Source: an uncultured Bacillales bacterium
Lineage (GTDB): Bacteria > Bacillota_I > Bacilli_A > RFN20 > CAG-826
DNA: 64,000 nucleotides
Direction of reading: 5' to 3'
Assembly (NCBI GenBank): GCA_946409515.1
Contig: CAMJWS010000003.1
Location: forward strand, 60,012 to 124,011
Positions 19,040 to 26,404 of the stretch are shown in pieces. A model generated the notes under the pieces. That model did no database searches. It was given only the letters and a program-made list of their open reading frames with translations, and was not told the origin of the DNA. How positions within the stretch are numbered: the first letter of the stretch is position 1; every line of letters begins with the position of its first letter. The translations under genes were made by a program, and so were the position numbers.

Positions 19040-19068
19040 ATAATACACGAGCGCGTTAGACATGTAAA
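19040..19068 (-). promoter_or_regulatory. Candidate sigma-A promoter of the subtilase-oppA-lipoprotein-oppBCDF unit (-35 TTTACA, 17-nt spacer, -10 TATTAT).
   Basis: The hexamers were read on the minus strand ~45 nt upstream of the subtilase ATG, which has the RBS AAAGGAGG. Confidence 0.35.
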
Positions 19069-19127
19069 GCCAAACGTACACAAAGAAGTAAAAATAGTAT
19101 AGAATATACTAGTTTTGTAACTATTTT

Positions 19128-19541
19128 TTAGTCTAAATGATATAAAATTTCGAGGACAATTATCGCTGTTGAAAGCAATAATCCTGCGAGGATTGTTGCA
19201 AAAAAATTGTAAGATGAGGCGTCTCTTTTTTGCGTTCTTTCATCACGATAATCTGTGAAGCTCCCATTCTTCTTTGGATCCTTAGAAAAAAGGAGGCTGA
19301 AAAGTTGTTTAAAACCGAACGCAAAACTGTCAAAAGCCCCGAAATGGGAGACCATCATAAGTAGGCCAAATAGTAGGACAACAAGCCCACCAAGAGTGGC
19401 ACCATTAATTGCATCAATTATGCTTCTAGTGCTAGTAAAAAACACAATGCAGAAGATGCCTGATCCAATTGCTAATGAGACTAAAAATGTGATTAGATTT
19501 GTGAGCCAATATTTTCTAATTTGTGAGAACATCTTTTTCAT
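19128..19541 (-). CDS. Small integral membrane protein (about four TM segments), unknown function.
   Basis: An ORF with hydrophobic helices. There is no terminator between it and the subtilase promoter region. No recognisable catalytic motif. Confidence 0.4.
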   Translation of the reverse strand: MKKMFSQIRKYWLTNLITFLVSLAIGSGIFCIVFFTSTRSIIDAINGATLGGLVVLLFGLLMMVSHFGAFDSFAFGFKQLFSLLFSKDPKKNGSFTDYRDERTQKRDASSYNFFATILAGLLLSTAIIVLEILYHLD

Positions 19542-19630
19542 ATTTTTTCTTTATATAATCTAATTTTTTTATATTTTATGCGCGAGAAGTTTTTAAGCGA
19601 ATTTAAAAACATCAACTCTATTATACACGG

Positions 19631-19667
19631 AAAAAGAAAAAGGTGGTATCTCTAAGAGACACCACCA
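19631..19667 (-). terminator. Rho-independent terminator downstream of the 859-aa lipoprotein gene.
   Basis: On the minus strand, GGTGGTGTCTC / GAGATACCACC is an 11-bp stem (one mismatch) with a 3-nt loop, followed by TTTTTCTTTTTCC. Confidence 0.5.
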
Positions 19668-19694
19668 TGTTGTTTGATTATAAATTCTCAGTGA

Positions 19695-22274
19695 TTACTC
19701 AGCTGGAGGAACAACGATGTATTGGACGTTTCCGCTGAAAACACCAGTGTTGTTACAAATGAAATAGAGGTAAACAACCCATCCTTCACTATTTGTGAAC
19801 TTAGCAACGTAAATATTGTTAGTTGTATCATAACCGCTTTGATTTTCAACGAAGCTGAATCCGAGTGAAGAGTTGATTAAATTTTTACCAACACTATATC
19901 CAACTGCAACTTGTTTACCATAAGTAGTAGTTTTAAAGTTGAGGCCAGCATTAACATTTGTACCAGCACCAAGATAGACGCCTGGTTGTGTTGTGCTTTC
20001 AACTAATTCACTGCCGAGTAAGGCACTGATTGCGTTGAGATAAGGATCGGCTTCTGGATCAGCAAACAACTTGATGCTAATGTAAATTCTGTATTCCTTA
20101 CCATCGTTTGTGAAAGCTTGAATCTCGATGCAACCATAATCACCAAAATATGTCAAGACAGTGTAAGTAGAACCTCTTTGTGAGGTTAAAAGTTCAAGGG
20201 TATCATCAACCGCTAATAATTGAGAAGCAATACCATTAGCAATAGCATCAAATGTATCACCCTCATTAAATTGAATCTTAGCGCCGTATACAAATTCTTT
20301 TTCTTCTGAATCCCATGTAAATTTAATGCCTAAACCTTCTGCAAAAGCATCAACCCATGGAGATTCTGGAGCAGGGGTATAATCAGTAAAGCGCATTTGA
20401 ACATCTGTTCTTCCATCGTCAGCTGCATATGCTAAGAATTCAATAGAGACGTTGTTATTGGCATAAATGCTGTAGAAGCATTGAGCACCACTACCACTAA
20501 GCGTGCCTTCGGTAACAGGAGTAACAACTTTGAAATTCAATGTTGTATCGGCATCTAAAATATCTGTGAAATGTTTAATACCGTCTTGAAGTGTAACTGA
20601 TGAATCAAAGTAAGCGTGGTAGAGTGTTTGACCATTTTCTGTGTGAGCCTTGCTTGGGTCAACACCTAAAAGGGTCATCGCAGGAATGAATTGTTCTGGA
20701 ACATCAACATATGGTTGTACCAAAATTTGAACAATTGTCGCACCTTTTTCGGTAACACCTGCATAGACATAAACGGTAGCGCCTATAACGGAACTCACGT
20801 AAATGTCATAAGCATATTTTTCCCCAGTTTTTCTATCGCCTTTTTTGGTAAAACCATCTTCGGCGTTCTTTAAGTATGTATTAACATACTTATCAACTAA
20901 ATCACCCAAGGTTTCACCTTCGCCAAGAGTTTCACTGAATGTATAGAAATACATTTTGTCTTCTTCGTCATAGTTGAAAGCGTAGCCAGAACCTTCAATG
21001 CCGAAGACAGCTGCAACTTTGTTAAGATAGTCTGGAATTTCTGGAGCATAATCAAACTTAAGTAAAAGTTGACCTTTTGTTCCATCGAATGCACCATAAA
21101 GACCAATCACGCCTTCTGGTGAGACACAGAAGAAATCGAAATCATCATCATCTGATTCGAGAATAATCCAATTAGCAGCCGCTAATAGTTCTAAACATGC
21201 GTAGGCATAATCTTCATCAACACCATAAACTGTGAATTGAGTATACCCGTAATATTGTGCATACAAAGGAATCAATCTAGCGTCATCCTTAAGGTATCTT
21301 GGGCCAGCTGGTAAATCAGGAATATCCTCTTTATAACCCATCACTTGTTTCACAAGGGCTTCAAATCCAGATTCTGCCCAATCATAGAAATAAGGATCAC
21401 AGAAATCGATATAGAATTGACCACCATTAGCGAATGAGCCTTCATCATCGCTTGTTGCAATTCTAACGCGGAGATAGCGTTGTGCGCCTTCGACTGTAAC
21501 AGCCTTTTCCATAACATAGAAATAATCTTCTTGTTCTAAGTTTGGAACTTTAGAAGCAACAAAGCCATCAGCGATAAATAAATCACCGATTGGTTTCAAT
21601 GGACTGTCTTGGCCTGCTTCTTGAGCGGCAACGTTACCGCCTTCTGCATAAACGACCTTATTTTGTTCATTTACTCCCCAAGTTAATGTACCGAGACCGA
21701 AATCTGGGGAATAGAAGAAAGGTGGAACGTAACCATAGAGATTAGCTTGGAATTTAGCTGTTAAGTCAGCATCCCAGGCTGTTGGTTTTGCTTGTGTAAC
21801 TGTAATTTGGAAGGAATCTGTTTTACCTTCGAATGTAACAGTAACTGTTTTGTCGCCGGCTGTTGAGAAGTCAACTGGACTCACTGTGTAACCTTCAGTG
21901 ATTTCTCTTGTTGTGGCATCACTGTAGTTTGCTGTGACAACCATACCAGTAAGATCTAACGCTGTGTCGGCGGTTGTGTAGGCTAACTTAGTAGGAGCGG
22001 TAACAGTAATGGAAACTAATGTAACCACGACTGGTGCGCTGGAAGAAGAACTTGGATTGGAACTGGAAGCACTTGTGCTTGGAGCTGCGCTCGAAGAACT
22101 ACTTGGGCTACTAGTGTTAGAACTACTACTAGATGTGCTAGGAACATCGCTACTTGTTGCGCTTGGAGCAGGTTCGGAACTGCCGTTAGCACTGCTGCTT
22201 GGTTTGGTTTGGGTACCGCAAGCAACTATCATAGAGGTGGCAAGTAACAATGTAAGTAATTTCTTAACTTTCAT
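19695..22274 (-). CDS. Large surface lipoprotein (859 aa) with a Ser/Pro/Ala-rich low-complexity linker and a Big_2-like domain; function unknown.
   Basis: Lipobox LLLATSMIVAC. A ~70-aa Ser-rich tract (SSSSNTSSPSSSSSAAPSTSASSSNPSSSSSAP) follows the signal. RBS GGAGG. The rest has no recognisable catalytic motif. Confidence 0.55.
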   Translation of the reverse strand: MKVKKLLTLLLATSMIVACGTQTKPSSSANGSSEPAPSATSSDVPSTSSSSSNTSSPSSSSSAAPSTSASSSNPSSSSSAPVVVTLVSITVTAPTKLAYTTADTALDLTGMVVTANYSDATTREITEGYTVSPVDFSTAGDKTVTVTFEGKTDSFQITVTQAKPTAWDADLTAKFQANLYGYVPPFFYSPDFGLGTLTWGVNEQNKVVYAEGGNVAAQEAGQDSPLKPIGDLFIADGFVASKVPNLEQEDYFYVMEKAVTVEGAQRYLRVRIATSDDEGSFANGGQFYIDFCDPYFYDWAESGFEALVKQVMGYKEDIPDLPAGPRYLKDDARLIPLYAQYYGYTQFTVYGVDEDYAYACLELLAAANWIILESDDDDFDFFCVSPEGVIGLYGAFDGTKGQLLLKFDYAPEIPDYLNKVAAVFGIEGSGYAFNYDEEDKMYFYTFSETLGEGETLGDLVDKYVNTYLKNAEDGFTKKGDRKTGEKYAYDIYVSSVIGATVYVYAGVTEKGATIVQILVQPYVDVPEQFIPAMTLLGVDPSKAHTENGQTLYHAYFDSSVTLQDGIKHFTDILDADTTLNFKVVTPVTEGTLSGSGAQCFYSIYANNNVSIEFLAYAADDGRTDVQMRFTDYTPAPESPWVDAFAEGLGIKFTWDSEEKEFVYGAKIQFNEGDTFDAIANGIASQLLAVDDTLELLTSQRGSTYTVLTYFGDYGCIEIQAFTNDGKEYRIYISIKLFADPEADPYLNAISALLGSELVESTTQPGVYLGAGTNVNAGLNFKTTTYGKQVAVGYSVGKNLINSSLGFSFVENQSGYDTTNNIYVAKFTNSEGWVVYLYFICNNTGVFSGNVQYIVVPPAE

Positions 22275-22303
22275 AAAAAACCTCCATTAAAAAATTTGCT
22301 ACT

Positions 22304-22332
22304 ATTGTACATTTATAAAATTCATATGTAAA
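22304..22332 (-). promoter_or_regulatory. Candidate promoter of the 859-aa lipoprotein gene (-35 TTTACA, 17-nt spacer, -10 TACAAT).
   Basis: The hexamers were read on the minus strand ~30 nt upstream of the RBS/ATG at 22274. Confidence 0.35.
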
Positions 22333-22475
22333 GAGTGTTTCTGAATGCGCGCACTATAGTGAATGGCCATAGCAAACGCAGAGTGAAATATTTTGCCCAA
22401 AATTGCAGTAAAAAAATAAAAATGCCTCAAAAAAGAGACATTATCGTATAGTTTACAAATAAATAGATTAGTAAA

Positions 22476-23000
22476 TTATTTGTTGGTAATAGCGTAGTAG
22501 ATGCATGGATGCTTTGACCCTTGGTACTCTATCACTTCTGTTTTATCAATTTTAGACATACCGCATTTTTGCATAACTCGGCCACTGGCAGGATTCTCAA
22601 TAAAATGTGCTGCCATCACGGTTTTATAGCCTATTGCAAATAGCTCATCGATGGCCACTTTTAATGCCTCGGTAGTGTAGCCTTTATTCCAAAATTTTGG
22701 ATGCAAACAGTACCCCACTTCTACCTCGTCATCTTTCACTTCGACATCATTGAGAAGACCAATAAATGTTTTGTTCAAATAGATTCCGTAGCAAAATCTT
22801 TCTACTTTTTGTGTGTTTTCAATGAGCCTCAAAAGGAACTTTTCTCTAGCCTCTTCATCCTTGAAAACTGGAACCATATAAGTCTTTGCAACAAGCGCAT
22901 TTTCAAACACTGAAAAGACCTCGTTTTTATCACAATATTCGATGGGTTTTAGGATGAGATTTCTTGTGGTTAAAATTGCATTTCTTTTTAGCATAATCAT
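22476..23000 (-). CDS. GNAT-family N-acetyltransferase (RimL/RimJ-like). The likely start is ATG 23000, not the track's 23063.
   Basis: The N-terminal segment TRNLILKPIE and the acetyl-CoA-binding region (VGYCLHPKFWNKGYTTEALK) fit the family. It is 57 nt downstream of the M13 peptidase stop, with a hairpin between them. Confidence 0.7.
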   Translation of the reverse strand: MIMLKRNAILTTRNLILKPIEYCDKNEVFSVFENALVAKTYMVPVFKDEEAREKFLLRLIENTQKVERFCYGIYLNKTFIGLLNDVEVKDDEVEVGYCLHPKFWNKGYTTEALKVAIDELFAIGYKTVMAAHFIENPASGRVMQKCGMSKIDKTEVIEYQGSKHPCIYYAITNK

Positions 23001-23009
23001 TTTATAGAA

Positions 23010-23031
23010 AGAACGCTCAGGCGAGCGCTCT
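23010..23031 (-). promoter_or_regulatory. Hairpin between the M13 peptidase and GNAT genes (9-bp stem AGAGCGCTC / GAGCGTTCT, 4-nt loop). The U-tract is weak, so it may be an attenuator or RNA-stability element.
   Basis: Read directly from the sequence; it is followed by TTCTATAAAATG. Confidence 0.3.
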
Positions 23032-23056
23032 TTTATCTTATTATATTTATTTATAA

Positions 23057-25960
23057 TTACCAAATTTTAACTCTTTGGTTTTCTGGGATATACATACCAT
23101 CACCTGGTTGGATGTCATAGAATTCGACAAATTCATCGAACTGAGCTAGGGTGATGTTTGTTCTTAAGTAATGGAGTGGATGTTCATCTTCTCTATAGGC
23201 TTGAACATAATCCAAACCATATGGAGCGTTGCACCAGACATAAGCATATGATCTGAAGAACAAATCGTAGTCGAAGTCAGAAATCTTCTTTGCTAAGTGC
23301 AACATAACTTTCATACCGCCCATATCAGCAGTTGCTTCGGTGTTATTCTTTTCGCCAATAGCTTTGGTATTACCATATAGAGTAATGTTGTTAAAGAAAT
23401 TGATCATCTTTTGCACTTTAGCGTTGAATTTGTTCCAATCAGCATCAGCCCACCAACTATTTTGTTGACCATATTCATCGAATTGTGAACCACTACTATC
23501 GAAACCGTGTGTAATTTCATGACCGATAACAGTACCTAATGTGCTATATAACACTTCGATGTCTTCACTAAACAAGAATCCGCTAACAAGACCATTTAAG
23601 ATCACGAATGAATTGGTGGTTGGACTATAGAAAGCGTTATTGGTATATGTTGGCATTGTGTCCCATTCTCGGCTTGGCAATGGAACACCGCTTAAAATGG
23701 TTTCAACATATGCGGATTGATAACGGTCTAATAAAGTAGCACCAGAAATAGTGTCTAGGTCATCGTCTTCAATTTCTACGAAATCTTTATAGAAATCTGG
23801 GAAGCATGATTCATATGACATCATTTGAATCTTTCTAATCGCTCTTTCTCTTGTTGAGGAACTGAGCCATTCTTCTTCAGCAAAGATTTCTTCGAAGCCT
23901 TGTAAGATGTCCTCGATTAATTGCGAGACTTTGTCTTTAACTTCTTTAGAACCTTGGAGTTCCAAATATGATTGTTCATAAAGAACTGGTAATGCCGCTG
24001 CTGCGATTTTTATTAAAGCTTGATTACCATCGTAATAATAGATGCCAAGCTCACCACGGAACATGATACCTCTAGAATATCTATTCAATGTGCTAAGGCT
24101 GACATTGATGTTTTTGTAGTTACTGAGACCTGCTAAGAAACGGAAAGCAAATTCCATTCTGGTTTTGACAAGGTTTTCTAAAGTTGCGTGATTATTAGAA
24201 ATATAGTCTGTATAGATACTATTGAATAATGCAACATAGTGATTTGGGATCCAGATTGTAGCGTCGTGTGCCACGCCTAAATCTAATAAGGCGTTCTTAA
24301 GGGATGTCCATGGAATTTCATCGGTTTCATATCCTGTTGCACCACCATTGTAATTGTAATAAGCAACGCTGATAAAATCTTTCTCAAGATTACCAACAGC
24401 GTTTCTTTGTTGAGAGGTTGTGGAAATGCCGAATGCTTGGTCTAAAATATCAAAGATTTTGAATAATTCTTGTGTGAAGACCTCACCACCTTGATATGTG
24501 CTATAAAGCCAGACGAAAGATAAGCAATCGTAGTTTCCGTTGATATAACCATCATCAATACCAACTACATAACTATCGCCATCTTTGCTAATTGTGAAAA
24601 GAGACGCCGCAGATGTGAAAGCATCTTTACTACTTAAATAGTTATCTAAATTAAAGGAAGACAAATAGCTAGCCACGCCTGAAGCATCACCATAATTTGC
24701 CATACCAGCAAGAGTCCAAAGAATATCGTTGTTCACGGTTTCATCGCCATAGAAGATATCGTATAGAGCTTGATTGACATATTCATCAGATCTACCAAAC
24801 GCGCCACCATCACCAGAGAGAATATTCTCGTAGTTAACAGAAGCATAGAAGTCATCTTTTAATGATGGCTTTTTAATTTTATTTAATTGACCATTGAGAT
24901 TAGAGTTAATCCAAGGAGCACCTTGAATTTCAGATAATTGAACACCTGGTTGTAATTCGTAGTTGAGTAAGTCAAAGCAGAAAGCTGGATCACCATTAAC
25001 ATAGACCGCGGTATATGTTTGATTGCCCGTAACTGCAGTTACTTCTGGAGACCAACCTGCGAATGTTTGTTTAAAACCACCCACTGTTGGTTTTACTGGT
25101 CTATCGCCATCATATGTTGGAGTGGTACCATAGGCGACATTTTCATCAACTTCTAATGTTGTGCCGTCGTAATTTAACCAAGTAACGGTATATCTTTTGA
25201 TGTTTGAAGTGAACGAGGCGACATAGGTGGCATCGCCTGTAACAGGACCGACTTCTGGAGACCAGCCTTTGAAAACATAATCGAAACGGTTATCACCAAT
25301 TCTTTGTGGTTCTGCCCCATCATAAGTAGGAACTGTACCATAAGGTACATTTTCATCTGTTTCTAAGATGGCACCATTATAGTTCATCCAAGTGACTGTG
25401 TACTTTCTTGGGCCTTCTTCAAAAACAGCAGTATATTGCGCTGGGCCAGTGACTGGAACAATTTCTGGGGTCCAGCCTATAAACTCATATGAAAAACGAT
25501 CTGTTTGTGGCTTTGTTGGAGTCACACCACTATAGGATGGAGTTTCACCATACTCGACTTCATCGACACGCAAAACATTGCCATCATAGTTTTTCCAAAT
25601 GATTTCGTATTTTTTAAGAGTTTCTTTAAATGTCGCGACATATTCACTATCGCTTTTGACTGGTGTGACTTTTGGAGTCCAACCAGTAAATGTGTAATCG
25701 TATTGTTCGTCAGCGGCCTTAGTAGGTTCTAATCCGTTATAAGATGGATTTGTTCCTTCTTCGACCCTTTCATCAACTTCTAAAATAGTTCCGTCAAAGT
25801 TTTTCCAAGTGACCTTGTATTCTTTTGGCGCTTGGCTAGTACTTACACTGCTTGAACTGCTTGAGCTATTAACAGAGCTGAAGACAGTGACACCTTGACA
25901 TGCAGTTAATAACAAAGAGAAGACACCGAGAGTAATTGTTAATTTATTTAGCCTTTTCAT
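23057..25960 (-). CDS. Lipoprotein M13-family zinc metalloendopeptidase (PepO/neprilysin-like) with four N-terminal ~70-aa Listeria/Bacteroides-type (InlB B-repeat-like) repeats.
   Basis: Lipobox LLLTAC. It carries an HExxH motif (VIGHEITHGFD), a NAFY-type motif (NNAFYSPTTNSF) and a downstream Glu/Asp zinc-ligand region (EATADMGGMKV). Four tandem repeats begin YKVTWKNFDGT, YEIIWKNYDGN, YTVTWMNYNGA and YTVTWLNYDGT and end in F.GW.P. Confidence 0.8.
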   Translation of the reverse strand: MKRLNKLTITLGVFSLLLTACQGVTVFSSVNSSSSSSSVSTSQAPKEYKVTWKNFDGTILEVDERVEEGTNPSYNGLEPTKAADEQYDYTFTGWTPKVTPVKSDSEYVATFKETLKKYEIIWKNYDGNVLRVDEVEYGETPSYSGVTPTKPQTDRFSYEFIGWTPEIVPVTGPAQYTAVFEEGPRKYTVTWMNYNGAILETDENVPYGTVPTYDGAEPQRIGDNRFDYVFKGWSPEVGPVTGDATYVASFTSNIKRYTVTWLNYDGTTLEVDENVAYGTTPTYDGDRPVKPTVGGFKQTFAGWSPEVTAVTGNQTYTAVYVNGDPAFCFDLLNYELQPGVQLSEIQGAPWINSNLNGQLNKIKKPSLKDDFYASVNYENILSGDGGAFGRSDEYVNQALYDIFYGDETVNNDILWTLAGMANYGDASGVASYLSSFNLDNYLSSKDAFTSAASLFTISKDGDSYVVGIDDGYINGNYDCLSFVWLYSTYQGGEVFTQELFKIFDILDQAFGISTTSQQRNAVGNLEKDFISVAYYNYNGGATGYETDEIPWTSLKNALLDLGVAHDATIWIPNHYVALFNSIYTDYISNNHATLENLVKTRMEFAFRFLAGLSNYKNINVSLSTLNRYSRGIMFRGELGIYYYDGNQALIKIAAAALPVLYEQSYLELQGSKEVKDKVSQLIEDILQGFEEIFAEEEWLSSSTRERAIRKIQMMSYESCFPDFYKDFVEIEDDDLDTISGATLLDRYQSAYVETILSGVPLPSREWDTMPTYTNNAFYSPTTNSFVILNGLVSGFLFSEDIEVLYSTLGTVIGHEITHGFDSSGSQFDEYGQQNSWWADADWNKFNAKVQKMINFFNNITLYGNTKAIGEKNNTEATADMGGMKVMLHLAKKISDFDYDLFFRSYAYVWCNAPYGLDYVQAYREDEHPLHYLRTNITLAQFDEFVEFYDIQPGDGMYIPENQRVKIW
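24988..25828 (-). repeat. Four diverged ~210-bp intragenic tandem repeats that encode the Listeria/Bacteroides-type repeat domains.
   Basis: The motifs ccaagtgac and ttccaaatgat recur with a ~210-bp period, and the protein repeats are in frame. Confidence 0.6.
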
Positions 25961-25984
25961 ACCCTTTTTCCCCTATTGGCTATA

Positions 25985-26012
25985 AATCATACACGAAAAC
26001 GCGTGCATGACA
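25985..26012 (-). promoter_or_regulatory. Candidate promoter of the M13 peptidase gene (-35 TTGTCA, 16-nt spacer, -10 TATGAT). A TTTTGCAAAA palindrome (26017..26026) sits just upstream.
   Basis: Read on the minus strand within the 423-bp AT-rich divergent intergenic region. Confidence 0.3.
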
Positions 26013-26365
26013 AACACTTTTGCAAAATGTTTGCGTGATAGTTATATGCGCATATTGGGGTTTTTTCTCATTTATTCTTGCAATTTTTAATAGTTATTTT
26101 TGTTTGGAATTTTATATTCCACAAATGAGTTTTTTATAAAGAAAGGAATCAAAACAAGCAAAAAATATAATGTTACAAAAATATAAAAATAGTTAATGAA
26201 AAAAAATAACGTTCTTTCTCTTTGTTCCTCATAAAAAATCCGCGATATTTTTTCAAAAGTTTTTTAATTATATGTATCACAAAAAAGTTAGACCTAGTCA
26301 AAATATAAAATGCATTGTTCACAAAGCATAATTTAATTGGAAAAAGCAAACAAAATAGTTTGACA

Positions 26366-26393
26366 TTGATATAAGATAATTATTTGTTAAAAT
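26366..26393 (+). promoter_or_regulatory. Candidate promoter of the EAL-domain gene (-35 TTGATA, 16-nt spacer, TGt-TAAAAT extended -10). It implies a very short leader before ATG 26405.
   Basis: The hexamers were read directly from the sequence. The track's TTG start at 26384 lies inside the -10 element. Confidence 0.3.
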
Positions 26394-26404
26394 ACAAAAG
26401 TATT

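Noticed and set aside
22009-22290. ORFs 22009..22290 (+) and 22016..22225 (-), Leu/Ala-rich.
   Set aside because: They are antisense or alternative-frame readings of the low-complexity Ser-rich linker region of the 859-aa lipoprotein gene.
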